Shown: piece after piece, positions 12,711 through 25,491 of the stretch
Numbering within the stretch: the stretch's first letter is position 1
Layout of the letters: the number at the start of each line of letters is the position of its first letter
NCBI RefSeq assembly: GCF_006345805.1
Contig: NC_042999.1
Coordinates: 161,758,001 to 161,822,000 of the forward strand
Source: Octopus sinensis
Taxonomy: Eukaryota
Length of the DNA stretch: 64,000 nt
Direction: 5' to 3'
Program-made: the position numbers and the translations under genes
Notes under the pieces: model-generated
Told to the model about the DNA's origin: nothing
Database searches by the model: none
The model's input: only the letters and a program-made list of their open reading frames with translations

Positions 12711-13030
12711 GACCCCCTTTGGTCATGAGTGACCATGAGGTTGCACCTAGAAAGTTACTCTCTGAGGCACAAGTCTGGGCAAGCTTGTTTATGGAAGACC
12801 AGCAGTTGACCATGCATACCAGCTTCCAATCTCCACACCATGGATGTTATCCAAAAAAAAAAAAAAAGGCAAAGGCTTGGCACCAGTGACGTCGCAATTC
12901 ATTTCTACAGCTGAGTGAACTGGAACAATGGGAAATAAAGTGTCTTGCTCAAGAACACAACACTTGGCCCAGTCTAGGAATTGAACTCATTACCTCAGGA
13001 TTGTGAGCTCAATGCTCCTCAGTGGCTAGA
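12711..13030 (-). mobile_element. SINE family D
   Basis: Reverse complement of the family D sequence. Confidence 0.8.
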
Positions 13031-14210
13031 ACACCCTATATAGTAAGGGATATAATGAGTGTATTAATGAGTTAGTAAATCAGTGTATTAGTGATTGAGT
13101 TAGGGGGTGAGCTACTAATTGTATTTGTGAGTAACTCAGTGCATGTATTAATGAGTGCATTACAAAGTGACATAGTGAGTGAATTCATGAGTGTTTTAGT
13201 GAGTGAGTTAGTGTGAGAGTTAGTGGGTGATATGTGATGTGAGTTAGTGAGTGTATTAGTGAATGAGTCAGTGAGTTAGTGAGTGAATTAGTGAGTTTAT
13301 TAGTGAGTGTGTTCTTGAGTGAGTTAGTGAGTGTATTAGTGAATAAGTCAGTGAGTTAGTGAGTGAATTAGTGAGTGTGTTCTTGAGTGAGTTAGTGAGT
13401 GTATTAGTGAATGAGTCAGTGAGTTAGTGAGTGAATTAGTGAGTTTATTAGTGAGTGTGTTCTTGAGTGAGTTAGTGAGTGTATTAGTGAATAAGTCAGT
13501 GAGTTAGTGAGTGAGTTAGGGAGCAAGTTACTAATTGCCTTAGTGAGTGAGTCAGTGAGTGTATTAGTAACTGAGTTAGTAACAATGTTAGTGATTGCGC
13601 TAATGGGCTGATTAGTGAATGAATTAGTGAATGTATTAGTGAGTTAGTGAGTGTATTAGTCAGTTAGTTAGTGAGTTGATGAATGAGTTAATGAGTGAGT
13701 CAGTGATTGTAATAGCAAGTGGGTCAATGAGTGAATTAGTGAGTGTATTAGTGAGTGAGTTGTTGAGAGAAATAGTAAAGGACTTAGTGAGGTAGTTAAT
13801 GAGTTTGTGAGTGTGTTAGTGTTAGTGAGAGAATTAGTGAGCATGTTAGTTAATGAGTTAATGTGTTAGTTCTTGAGCATATTAGTGAGTGAGTTAGCGA
13901 GTGAATTAGTGAGTTGGCGAGTGATGTAGTGAGCGAGTTAATGAATGTATTAGTTTGTGAGTTAATAAATTGGTGAACAAATTAGTGAGTTTATAAGTGA
14001 GTGCATTATTGATTGATTGATCGAGTGAGTGAGTGAGTTAGTGAGTTGGTTTGGTTGGTTGGTTGGTTGGTTGGTTGGTTGGTTGGTTGGTTGGCTGGTT
14101 GGTTGGTTGGTTGGCTGGCCGGTTAGTTTATTTGTGAATGAATTAAGGAATACATTAGTGAGTGTATTAGTGAGTTAGTGAATGAGTTGCTGAGTTTTTT
14201 AGTGAGTGAT

Positions 14211-14438
14211 ACTTACTCTATTTCTCTTTTACTCTTTTACTTGTTTCAGTCATTTGACTGCGGCCATGCTGGAGCACCGCCTTCAGTCGAGCAAATCGAC
14301 CCCGGGACTTATTCTTTGTAAGCCCAGTACTTATTCTATCAGTCTCTTTTTCCAAACCGCTAAGTGACGGGGACGTAAACACACCAGCATCGGTTGTCAA
14401 GCAATGCTAGGGGAACAAACACAGACACACAAACACAT

Positions 14439-14471
<33 letters not shown>

Positions 14472-14638
14472 CGACAGGCTTCTTTCAGTTTCCGTCTACC
14501 AAATCCACTCACAAGGCATTGGTCGGCCCGGGGCTATAGCAGTGGGAAGACACTTGCCCAAGATGCCACGCAGTGGGACTGAACCCGGAACCATGTGGTT
14601 GGTAAACAAGCTACTTACCACACAGCCACTCCTGCGCC
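14211..14638 (-). mobile_element. SINE family A
   Basis: Family match. Confidence 0.9.
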
Positions 14639-15975
14639 TTAGTGTTTTTTTAAATATCTTCTTATCTCAAGACTTTGAAAAAAAAAAGCTGTCCATATAA
14701 CTTATTCAGTTCATTATGTTGTTTCTTATTTCCAATAACATCCCTTTTTTTCTCATCCTGCAGCCAATATATCCTCTTTCTTTTTTTCAGCTCTCAGAAA
14801 TACTTATTCACTGTCAGTAACATCATAATCTTTCCACTTCAACTTCCACACAGTTTTTTTTTCCACATTAACAATCCTCTGTTTCCATTTTTTCTGTTGA
14901 AATAGTCTCAATATCTGTTTTGTAGGTGGAAGACCCTGCAGATTGTTGGCAGTTCCTTTGTTTTTCTATCTACAATTTCAATTTCATCATTTGTCTGTTT
15001 GATTTTCCTGGTGTGGTTCTTACCGATGGCTACAGATCTGGCTTTGGCAGGGGAATTGTCAATTTGAATCTCCAGGTGGATAGGAACAAGGAAGAAGTCA
15101 TGAATAGGGTGACCAGTCTCACCCTGAAAGTTCAGGCAGAAGTAGCAAATGCACACGTTGCTTTGGTGGTCACTGCTACTGCCTGATCATCATACTATGG
15201 CCCAAGAAACATCTGACTAGAAAGGAGTGCTTGATTTTTCACTTTTTATGGAAGAGTCATCAGATTCTGATAATCAAGAAATCTATCTACTGTCAACACC
15301 CAACCCTTGGGATGCCATCCTTGATGTTGCACCAGCATGCACTGAGGCCAACACACCTGCAGAAGTATCTGAATCACTGTAATGGTGTTGCTGACAGCAA
15401 TGAAAACAAGAGTAAACTGGTGTGGATGTTCTTTGTGTCACACAACTTTTCACAACTCATTTCTTTGACTGAGCTGCAGACAAGGATCATTTGTAGACTA
15501 ATATTGTATGCTCATTAGCATCTACAATGTCACCAGATGCTTCTAGCCTTGTATGAGCAGGGCAAGGCCATCATTGAGAAAAGAACTCCAGATTTCTATA
15601 AAGGGATACTTGAAAGAATGAGTGACACTGGTTTAAGAATGACTCTGGACATCAACAAGAACAGTCTGAGTGGTCTCTCCTGGAGGGCTTTAAAGCCAGG
15701 AACAACTTCCAGAAGTCCTTGGTATGGCAGTGCTGCTGTGCTACCTGTTGAAGACAAGTTCTTCAGGCCATCACTCAATATCTGTGCAGACGTGACTGGT
15801 GGGCCTGTGTCAAACAGCTACAATCATGTGCAGGACAAATCCAGCTATCCAACAGGTCTGTAATGAAGATTGACATGTCACCTTCCTTTGATAGAAAAGG
15901 GAAGCAAGTATTTTTCTGCTTGATGGCTGTGGGACCAAGTTGTGTAAACAATACAGAAGAAAGTTTAAAGCAGTG

Positions 15976-16175
15976 AGGTGGCAGAATTATTAGCATGCCA
16001 GACAAGATGCTTAGCAGCATTTCATCCGTTCTGAGTTCAAATTCTACCAAGGTCGACTTTGCCTTTCATCCTGTCAGAGTCAATAAAATAAGTACTATTA
16101 ATCACTGGGGTCGATGTAATCAACTTTCCCCTTCCTCTGAAATTGCTGGCCTTGTGTCAAAATTTGAAATCAGTA
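15976..16175 (+). mobile_element. SINE family B, older copy
   Basis: aggtcgactttgcctttcatcc core; similar old copies near 8846-9068(-), 20600-20775(-), 25520-25680, 29762-29925 and 33870-34060. Confidence 0.7.
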
Positions 16176-16475
16176 TAGAGGAAAGTGAGGGTAGAGAGGA
16201 AGGTGCTGCCTTCCAATGTATTTGTGGAAAGATGGATGAGAGTGACAACAATAGGGAGTTTGAAGGGGTTTACTCTGATACTTATTTTCTAAGTAGGAGG
16301 AAAAAAAGAGGGCGAGAAAACATTTGAGGTCTTGGAGATGGCAGAGTAATCCGAGCCTTTTTGTGTGGTAGTTTCCTGAAGTTACCTTAAATGAACTGCC
16401 CCACTATCAAGGAATTTGTTTATTTATTTGATATTTTTTTTCATATTTTTTGTTATATCCTTATTGGTGTTGACT

Positions 16476-16868
16476 GTGGAGACGCAATGGCCCAGTGGTT
16501 AGGGCAGCGGATTCGCAGTCATAGCATTGCGGTTTCGATTCTCAGACCGGGCATTGTGAGTGTTTATTGAGCGAAAACACCTAAAGCTCCACGAGGCTCC
16601 GGCAGGGGATGGTGTTGATCCCTGCTGTACTCTTTCACCACAACTTTCTCTCACTCTTACTTCCTGTTTCTGTTGTACCTGTATTTCAAAGGGCCGGCCT
16701 TGTCACTCTCTGTATCACGCTGAATATCCCCGAGGACTACGTTAAGGGTACACGTGCCTGTGGAGTGCTCAGCCACTTACACGTTAATTTCACGAGCAGG
16801 CTGTTCCGTTGATTCGGATCAACCGGAACCCTCGTCGTCGGAACCGACGGAGTGCTTCCAATTCCAAC
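16476..16868 (+). mobile_element. SINE family C (tRNA-Arg-like head)
   Basis: tggcccagtgg A box, ggtttcgattc B box; 11-bp TSD tggtgttgact (16465-16475 and 16869-16879). Confidence 0.9.
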
Positions 16869-17063
16869 TGGTGTTGACTCCTGTTTGATCAATGTAACTC
16901 CCACCTTTTTTGTGTTGAATTTGTCCTTTGTCCTCAATGTCTTGGCCAATAAAAGAGACTACCATCAACATCATTATTATTTGATTCTGTATCTAATTAA
17001 AGCAAAAGCAATATGAATGTTCCCTTGTAACAATAATATTAACTGTAGCATTTTACATTGCAG

Positions 17064-17156
17064 GAATCTGTAGTGAAATTGGACAAGGCTATAAGTTACT
17101 CACCAATCACTGGCCAATTATATATCTTGAGAGCCAAGTGTAAACGCATGTTACAG
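17064..17156 (+). CDS. TTC16: TTC16-like TPR protein, internal coding exon (93 nt, phase 0 to 0)
   Basis: ttttacattgcAG acceptor and CAG/gtaaaa donor. ESVVKLDKAISYSPITGQLYILRAKCKRMLQ aligns by eye with TTC16 KAENHFSTAIRHNPQKAQYYLYRAKSRQLLQ; phase matches the previous exon. Confidence 0.85.
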
Positions 17157-17582
17157 GTAAAAGTTTAATACTATTCTATATTCTATATTCTATATTCAAT
17201 ATCCATCCATTGTAAATAATGTATAATAAGGTAAAAGTTTGCCTTCTTTTTCTGTCCTTCAGACCTTCCTTATGTGTGTATGTATAAAATGATTCTCCTT
17301 AACCTAGCAACTCTGTTTGTAGATCATGCAGATATTACTGCCAAAGCCTGTTCTGGACTGTATTGTACATGTCTGAACTCTCAGCTCTCTGATCCGATAC
17401 ACACTTCTGTAAATATGTGTACTGCTCTGTTATTTTACGACATGTGATTTTGTGTGTATCTAAATCTTTACATAAATTGTGTGTATGTCTGTGTAGAAAA
17501 GTGTACAAGAAAATATGTATAAATATTTGTAATCACTGAGTGTTTTGTGAGTCTTTTTGTTACTACTTATACATAAATTGTG

Positions 17583-17986
17583 AGCGCAGGAGTGGCTGTG
17601 TGGTAAGTAGCTTGCTAACCAACCACATGGTTCCGGGTTCAGTCCCACTGCGTGGCACCTTGGGCAAGTGTCTTCTGCTATAGCCCCGGGCCGACCAATA
17701 CCTTGTGAGTGGATTTGGTAGACGGAAACTGAAAGAAGCCTCTCGTATATATATATATATGTGTGTGTGTGTGTTTGTGTGTCTGTGTTTGTCCCCCTAG
17801 CATTGCTTAACAACCGATGCTGGTGTGTTTACGTCTCCATCACTTAGCGGTTCGGCAAAAGAGACTGATAGAATAAGTACTGGGCTTACAAAGAATAAGT
17901 CCCGGGGTCGATTTGCTCGACTAAAGGCGGTGCTCCAGCATGGCCGCAGTCAAATGACTGAAACAAGTAAAAGAGTAAAGAGAGTA
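17583..17986 (+). mobile_element. SINE family A
   Basis: Family match. Confidence 0.9.
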
Positions 17987-18440
17987 TTTGTATATAGTTA
18001 TTGTTTAGACCTGTGGGGGGAATGTGGCTTAGTGGTTAGGCTGTTGCACTCACTATTGTAAGATTGTGTTTTGATTTTCTGGACTGGGGCATTGCACTGT
18101 GTCCAGTCAGGTGGCAAAATGAATAACCTTGATATGGACTGGTGTCTCATCCATGGAAACTGGCCCTATCAGCCTTTGGCTTAAGAAGGACCTTTGTTCC
18201 TTTCTGTTTCTATTGATTACTTAGATCCAGTTCAGCTTTCATCAAACAGACTCATAATCAATGAATCCCAAGCATTATACTTATTTTCAGACAGTGTATC
18301 TACAACTCCATTATCTATTGTAGACTTTCATTCTTTAAGATGCTAAGTTATAGTTTAAGGGGAATTCAACTGGTATATTTAAATCTGTAAAGGTTTCTTC
18401 ATTGACTTGTGTGCATGTCTATATATTTTTTATTAGTGTA

Positions 18441-18738
18441 TGTGGCCGATGCCAGCACCGCCTCGACTGGCTTCCGTGCCGGTGGCACATAAAATACACC
18501 AATCCGACCGTGGCCGTTGCCAGCCTCGCCTGGCACCTGTGCAGGTGGCACGTAAAAAGCACCCACTACACTCACGGAGTGGTTGGCGTTAGGAAGGGCA
18601 TCCAGCTGTAGAAACATTGCCAGATTAGACTGGAGCCTAGTGCAGCCTTCTGGCTTCCCAGGAACCCCGGTCGAACCGTCCAACCCATGCTAGCATGGAG
18701 AACGGACGTTAAACGATGATGATGATGATGATGATGAT
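18441..18738 (+). mobile_element. RTE LINE 3' UTR copy
   Basis: gtggttggcgttaggaagggcatccagctgtagaaac...ggacgttaaacgatgatgat. Confidence 0.85.
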
Positions 18739-18769
18739 ACTCTTTTCTCTCAAAAGAGTATATATACAT

Positions 18770-19113
18770 TAATAAAAATATATTGAGAGAGCACATAAGT
18801 AGCAAGATCATCAGAAAGAAGTCCGGCATGAGAGATGTCATCGCAGAGTATACACGCAGCAAGTATAGATGGGCTGGACACGTCGCCCGGCTCACCGATA
18901 ATCGGTGGACGCACGCAGTTGTCAAGTGGTACTCACGTGAGTGGAAAAGACCACCCGGAAGACCTCCACGACGGTGGAGTGATGATTTCAAGAGGACGAT
19001 TGGGATCACGTGGATGAGAAAGGCGCGATCCAGAGAGGAGTGGACAGCGTGCTGTGATCAGCGGTGTCAAATGGACGCCTGACGGACTGGTCGGTCAAAG
19101 TGAAGTGAAGTGA
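18770..19113 (+). mobile_element. Second RTE family, 3' end
   Basis: KYRWAGHVARLTDNRWT...KRPPGRPPRRWSDDF; (GTGAA)n tail. Confidence 0.85.
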
Positions 19114-19117
19114 TATA

Positions 19118-19262
19118 TACTCTTTTACTCTTTTACTTGTTTCAGTCATTTGACTGCGGCCATGCTGGGGCATCGCCTTTAGTCGAGCAAATCGACCCTA
19201 GGACTTATTCTTTGTAAGCCTAGTACTTATTCTATCAGTCTCTTTTGCTGAGCCGCTAAGTT
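19118..19262 (-). mobile_element. SINE family A, 3' fragment
   Basis: Tail and 3' body only. Confidence 0.8.
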
Positions 19263-19904
19263 ATATGTATATAAATATTTCTGTGTGTGACTAGATATTA
19301 AAATAGGTTCACCATATCCCTGCATGTTATGGGAGGCAACCAAAATAGTGCATGGTAGAAAGGGCATCTAACTTGAAAACATTATCTCAAGATGGGAACC
19401 ATGATGTATACAGATAAACTATTATGGCCTTGGAACATTTTGTTGTTGTTACTGTTGTGTACATATATATATATGTGCAGATGTGTGTGTAGGTGTATGT
19501 GTACATGCATTGGTGTGTGTGTGTAATTGGAAGAGTTATCTAAGTGCAGATTTTGTTCTGACACCTTGTGTTCTAAGGTTAAAATCATGCCAATGCCAAT
19601 ACCGTTTATCCTTTTTGGGTTGCTAATTAAATTCATGTCCAAAGCATTTGGTGGGATTCTTTGCAGTCTCCGTTTTGGTTCTATGCAATCTGATAGCAAT
19701 ACTGGTGAGAATATAGTTGTTGTCTTTCCCTTGGACAACGTTGGTGGTGTATTGGTGATGTAGAAAGGAAAGACTTACATGTATAAGCTACTGTGAGCCT
19801 TACACACAGTCTTCCAATTACACACACACACATGCACACACACACGCATGCACGCACGCAAACACACTGAAATAATTGATTGTGTATGAATGTGTCTTTT
19901 GATT

Positions 19905-20044
19905 CATCATCATCATCATCATCGTTTAACGTCCGTTTTCCATGCTAGCATGGGTTGGACGGTTCAACTGGGGTCTGGGAAGCCAGGAGGCTGTGCCAGG
20001 CCCAGTCTGATCTGGCAGTGTTTCTACAGCTGGATGCCCTTCCT
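19905..20044 (-). mobile_element. RTE LINE 3' UTR fragment
   Basis: catcat gtttaacgtccgttttccatgctagcatggg match to the family. Confidence 0.8.
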
Positions 20045-20492
20045 ACAATGAAATTTGTAAAACCTTGTATCTATTTCTAACAAAATACAACCAGTTGGAT
20101 AAGTGGCTTGTCAATGACCAATGATTACTCAGTGTCTGGAAATAAAGAATCCTGACCCAGGCAAGCTTCATTTTCTTGCCATTGCTTTATTGTTAGAAAC
20201 ATGTGAATGAAATTGCACAATGGAGGTTGAAAGCAGGGGAAGGGCAGAGTCAAAACTTAAACACCTATTTTGCAAATTTGACACATTTGTCAGAATTAGT
20301 AGAGTATATGTTAATTCCAGGAACTTTAAGATGATTACAGGCTTGATGTTCAAGATATACAGCAATATGTGTGAATGCACTAAGATCTCATTCTATTTAC
20401 ATAGAATCTACCTGTGTGTACTGCACAAATAGTTTTATCAAAGAGGGAAAGAGAGAGAGGGAGAGAGAGTGAGAGAGAGATAGAAAGCAAGA

Positions 20493-20526
<34 letters not shown>

Positions 20527-20803
20527 AAGACAGAGGAAAAGTTGAAAGTGTATCAGTGACTTGGAGATACATTGACCCACAACCATATATACGTATGTCT
20601 TGTGGCATTATAGAGTAACATTACTAGCATAGACACAAAATTTGCAGAGAGGGGAGAAATATCAATCCTAGTACCTGACAGGTATCTTATTTTATTGACC
20701 TTTGAAGGAGGAAAAGCAAAATTGAACTCAATGGAATTTGAATTCAAAATGTAAAAAGCCAGACATTCATTCCAACACTCTAACAATTCTCTAAATTCCT
20801 CCT

Positions 20804-21125
20804 TCATCATCATCATCGTTTAACGTCCGTTTTCCGCGCTAGCACAGGTTGGACGGTTCGACCGGGGTCTGGGAAGCCAGGGGCTGCACCAGGCTCCAGT
20901 CTGATCTGGCAGAGTTTCTACAGCTGGATGCCCTTCCTAACGCCAACCACTCCGCGAGTGTAGTGGGTGCTTTTTACGTGCCACCTGCACTGGTGCCAGG
21001 CAAGGCTGGCATCGGCCACGGTCGGATTGGTGCTTTTTATGTGCCACCTGCACGGAAGCCAGTCAAGGCAGCGCTGGCAACGGCCACGTTCGGATGGTGC
21101 TTTTTATGTGCCACCGGCACAGGTA
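20804..21125 (-). mobile_element. RTE LINE 3' UTR copy
   Basis: Family match with three tttttacgtgccacc modules. Confidence 0.85.
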
Positions 21126-21315
21126 TCACAACTACTATTTCCATTGATACTACTATTTCCATTCGTTGCAAACATATTCTAAAAGCACCAGTTCCAATCC
21201 AATCAGCCAGAAAATAATCCCTAATATTCTTCCCTAATCCTTGTATTTAAAACTACTATGGTTATTTCTGACATCGGAAATATCATAAATAATCAGCCTC
21301 ACCTTTTTATGTGAT

Positions 21316-21697
21316 ACTAGCAGTATCGCCCGGCGTTGCTCGGGTTTGTAAGGGAAATAACTATATAAGCATTTTTAGAGATGTAAAGTATAATAGCCAT
21401 CTCAATATGGCTAACCACAAAGGAGGGGTGTTACTGTAGCTTTTTACGTTCTGAGATTTAATAATAAATTTTTAGAGAGTTACTTCCCTTATATATGCCA
21501 AAAATGCATTAAAAATGGGGAAAATTGATGGTAAATTTTTTTTTAAATCGTAGACTCATCGTAGATGCGCGCTAACACCCAGAAGGGCTCGATATGAATC
21601 ACGACTATATTAAACTGCACCGCAAAATGTGGGAGTAGTTAGGAATCTAAATCGTAGGAGACAGACAGCACACAACCTCACTTTTATATATATAGAT
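21316..21697 (+). mobile_element. Helitron-like family H1 copy
   Basis: Same termini; inserted between T and T. Confidence 0.65.
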
Positions 21698-22264
21698 TAG
21701 ATGGTTATTAGTTATCACATTTTGATTTGTGATAGAGTATGATGGCGTTGTAGATAATTAGAGGCATTGAAGGACAGGATGTCACATTCATGCTTGTTTG
21801 CTATCTCGATAGGCATATATGTATCTTTTACCAATACTTCTTGGTCGTCAAGTAGAATCTCCACTGAGATGAAGCTTGATTGATGTTGTTTAACTCTTGG
21901 TCAGTCTTCACTCAGCAAACTTGTTGAATGTCAATAATTAACTAAATGACCAGGTGTCATCCAGAGATCTATACCTCTGTCTAGTTGTTGAGTAGCCACC
22001 AGTAGGCTCTGGGCTATGATCAGAAGTGTTCCTGCTATGCCCATCCATATTTTTTTCTGGTGTAGCGTACCCAGGACTTCATTGTTAAATGTGTCCTCCT
22101 TTTCTCGTTGGTTTCAAGAGCTACACATATTTCTTGCTATGTTGAATTATCTCTCCCCAGTCAAATTTATTGTTTATGTTTGTTATTAATAGTTTTTCTT
22201 AGCCCCAGGTCAACCCTATTCAACAAATTTATGAACAAGGTTGAATTATGAACAAATTTATGAA

Positions 22265-22660
22265 TAGGCGCAGGAGTGGCTGTGTGGTAAGTAGCTTGTT
22301 TACCAACCACATGTTTCCAGGTTCAGTCCCACTGTGTGGCACCTTGGGCAAGTGTCTTCTACTATAGCCTCGGGCCGACCAAAGCCTTGTGAGTGGATTT
22401 GGTAGACGGAAACAAAAAGAAGCCCGTCTTATATATGTATATATATGTATATATGTATGTGTGTCTGTGTTTGTCCCCCTAGCATTGCTTGACAACCGAT
22501 GCTGGTGTGTTTACGTCCCCGTCACTTAGCGGTTCGGAAAAAGAGACCGATAGAATAAGTACTGGGCTTACAAAGAATAAGTCCCGGGGTCGATTTGCTC
22601 GACTAAAGGCGGTGCTCCAGCATGGCCGCAGTCAAATGACTGAAACAAGTAAAAGTAAAA
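22265..22660 (+). mobile_element. SINE family A
   Basis: Family match. Confidence 0.9.
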
Positions 22661-22855
22661 GGTCATTCTTGTTATGACCATTTCATCTGTTTGTAAATGG
22701 CAAAATGTTCCTGTTAAAACCTTTGTAAAATATAAGAGACCAGACAAAGACGTGTAGTTTGTGCAGAGTAGTAGAAACCACTTGTTGAACGGATGTTAAC
22801 CTAATGTTAAAGATAAAAGAAAAGAAAAGTATCTACTGAAAATTAATGAGAAATC

Positions 22856-23019
22856 TGCAGGCATGGCTGTGTGGTAAGAAGTTTGCATCCCAACCACATG
22901 GTTCTGGGTTCAGTTCCACTGTGTTCCACCTTGGGCAAATGTCTTCTACTATAACCCAAGACCAACCCAAAGCCTTGTGAGTGAAATTGGCAGGTGGAAG
23001 TTGAAAGAAGCATGTCATG

Positions 23020-23085
<66 letters not shown>

Positions 23086-23320
23086 ATGTGTGTGCATGTG
23101 TCTTTGTATTTGTTCTCCACCACTGCTTAACAACCATCGTTGATTCGTTTATGTCCCCTTAACTTAGCAGTTTAGGGAAAAATGATTAATAGAATATGTA
23201 CTCAACTTTAAAAAAAAAAAGTTACTGGGGTCAATTTGTTCAACTAAACCCTTTAATGCAGCAGCCCAGCTTAGTTGCAGTCTAATGACTGAAACAAGCA
23301 AGCAGTAAAAAGGTAAAAGG
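22856..23320 (+). mobile_element. SINE family A, older diverged copy
   Basis: Colinear, many substitutions, (GT)n expanded. Confidence 0.75.
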
Positions 23321-23498
23321 TATACTACAACCAACTTTAAATCTACACTAGTTATTATTAGACACATATTTATGCAACTGACTGCCTCACTGCCAAATCT
23401 TGAAAAGCTGGGTTTTACAAAGCTACAAGAAACACAACTTATTTGAAAATTACAATTATAGCAGGTTCTATATACTGCTAAGAGAGATGCATATTAAG

Positions 23499-23862
23499 TA
23501 CTCTACTCTTTTTACTTGTTTCAGTCATTTGACTGCGGCCATGCTGGAGCACCGCCTTTAGTCGAGCAAATCGACCCCGAGACTTATTCTTTGTAAGCCC
23601 AGTACTTATTCTATCGGTCTCTTTTTCCGAACCGCTAAGTGACGGGGACGTAAACACACCAGCATCGGTTGTCAAGCAATGCTAGGGGGACAAACACAGA
23701 CACACAAACACACACACACATACATATATATATGTATACATATATACGACAGGCTTCTTTCAGTTTCCGTCTACCAAATCCACTCACAAGGCATTGGTCG
23801 GCCCGCGGCTATAGCAGAAGACACTTGCCCAAGGTGCCACGCAATGGGACTGAACCCGGAAC
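23499..23862 (-). mobile_element. SINE family A, head truncated
   Basis: Family match. Confidence 0.9.
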
Positions 23863-24039
23863 TGTATTGTTTTTTGCATGAATACACAAATATCACACAC
23901 ACACACACACGCAAAGTAGCCCCCCCACCCAGTCTCTGAACACACACCCCTAGTGCTCCTTTGTCCCAAAACGCCCCCCTCGAGCTCCAAATGGCACCCA
24001 GTTTTGGGACTATATGGCCCCCGTTGAGAACCTTTGGTC

Positions 24040-24260
24040 TAGAGAATGTGCACGAAACCGGTGATGAATATTGTGAGAGAAATGGGATGAAATGGCTAGG
24101 TGATGGTCTGAGGAAGGATGAAAGCAATTGGTTGGAAGGACTGACTGGAATGAATATGAAAGGAAGTAGAGGAAGAGGAAGACCAAAAAAGATTTAGCTG
24201 AAGATGGAAATGAGAGCAAGGAGATTGATGAGGAAGAATATAGGAAATGTGGCAGAATTG
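24040..24260 (+). mobile_element. Decayed RTE C-terminal fragment
   Basis: MKWLGDGLRKDESNW...GSRGRGRPKK resembles the RTE RWxGHVxR...GRGRP tail. Confidence 0.55.
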
Positions 24261-24396
24261 AGTCCAGGAGGGTAAACCTCTACTTTAACAGGGAAAACAC
24301 TCTTAAGTTGGTATTCTGTTGTTGTATTCAGTATGATGATCAGATAGCAGGATTCCACTTCTCACTTGTAATGTTGTTTTATACATAATCTGACAT

Positions 24397-24720
24397 ATCA
24401 TCATCATCATCATCGTTTAACGTCCGTTCTCCATGCTAGCATGGGTTGGACAGTTCAACTGGGGTCTGGGAAGCCCGAAGGCTGTACCAGGCCAGTCAGA
24501 TCTGGCGGTGTTTCTACAGCTGGATGCCCTTCCTAATGCCAACCACTCCGTGAATGTAGTGGGTGCTTTTTATGTGCCACCAACACAGGTGCAAGACGAG
24601 GCTGGCGAACGGCCATGCTCGGATGGTGTTTTTTACGTTTCACCGGCACGGAGGCCAGGCAGGGCTGGCACGGCCACGATCGGATGGTGTTTGTTACGTG
24701 CCACCAGCACGGAGGCCAGT
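24397..24720 (-). mobile_element. RTE LINE 3' UTR copy
   Basis: Family match. Confidence 0.85.
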
Positions 24721-24926
24721 TGAGCAAAAACCCAGTCTTAAATGATATGTGATAAGGAAGCTGTTGTTAATGATGGTGTGATGATAATGCCAAAGGCAGT
24801 TGAAGTGGTAGTAATCTACCAAAGGTTAGTAAAGTATATTCTAATAAGACAATGAGATTTGTTCAACTGATTGTAACCTCCCTCCTACCATTGTTGCTTT
24901 CCCATCTCTTTTATGGTATAGAAAAA

Positions 24927-25158
24927 AGGCGGCGAGCTGGCAGAAACGTTAGCATGCTGGGCAAAATGCGTAGCCGTATTTCGTCTGCTGTTACGTTCTG
25001 AGTTCAAATTCCGCTAAGGTCGACTTTGCCTTTCATCCTTTCGGGGTTGATTAAATAAGTATCAGTTACGCACTGGGGTCGATATAATCGACTTAATCCA
25101 TTTGTCTGTCCTTGTTTGTCATCTCTGTGTTTAGCCCCTTGTGGGTATTAAAGAAATA
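24927..25158 (+). mobile_element. SINE family B (about 230 bp)
   Basis: ggcggcgagctggcagaa...gagttcaaattcc...gcctttcatcctttcgggg; 12-bp TSD ggtatagaaaaa. Confidence 0.85.
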
Positions 25159-25297
25159 GGTATAGAAAAATGAATAAGCTTACCTTATTCATTTCTCTAC
25201 ACCATTCTCCCATTTCAATTTTCCATTAAAATTCTTGTATAACCGACCATGCATACACACTGTATATAATTCACAAGCTCTCCTTCTAATCATACAG

Positions 25298-25491
25298 GAC
25301 TTGAGTGGTGCCAGACACGACATCTTACTCGGTTTCCACTTGATGCCAACCAGCAAAGATATCCTACCGGCATTTGGATACCTCTTTCCATCCATTCCAA
25401 CAAGAAATATATTGACCAGTCCACTAGCAGCACAAACCAGAGTTATAGCAGAAGAGTTGCTCTCTGATCCACTTCACCAAAGTATAGAAAG
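25298..25491 (+). CDS. TTC16: TTC16-like protein, internal coding exon (phase 0 to 2)
   Basis: catacAG acceptor and AG/gtaaga donor. DLSGARHDILLGFHLMPTSKDILPAFGYLFPSIPTRNILTSPLAAQTRVIAEELL matches the TTC16 pattern NIFGARQDVATVLLLNPKQPKLSLLMTNLFPGMSVEEVLSTQIAHLARLQLEQM. Confidence 0.85.

Larger units (their letters stand above)
10657..14210. repeat. Strand-biased (GTGA/GTTA)-rich satellite, interrupted by MITE, mariner and SINE
   Basis: Blocks at about 10657-10935, 12385-12700 and 13040-14210; nearly C-free on the + strand. Confidence 0.8.

Noticed and set aside
16476-16550. tRNA-like sequences (also 27133, 50351, 63243)
   Set aside because: A/B boxes present but acceptor stems do not close and each continues into a SINE body with TSDs; SINE heads, not tRNA genes.
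17323-17376. Candidate exon IMQILLPKPVLDCIVHV* after tttgtAG
   Set aside because: The exon at 25298 supplies the homologous continuation; no support for this one.
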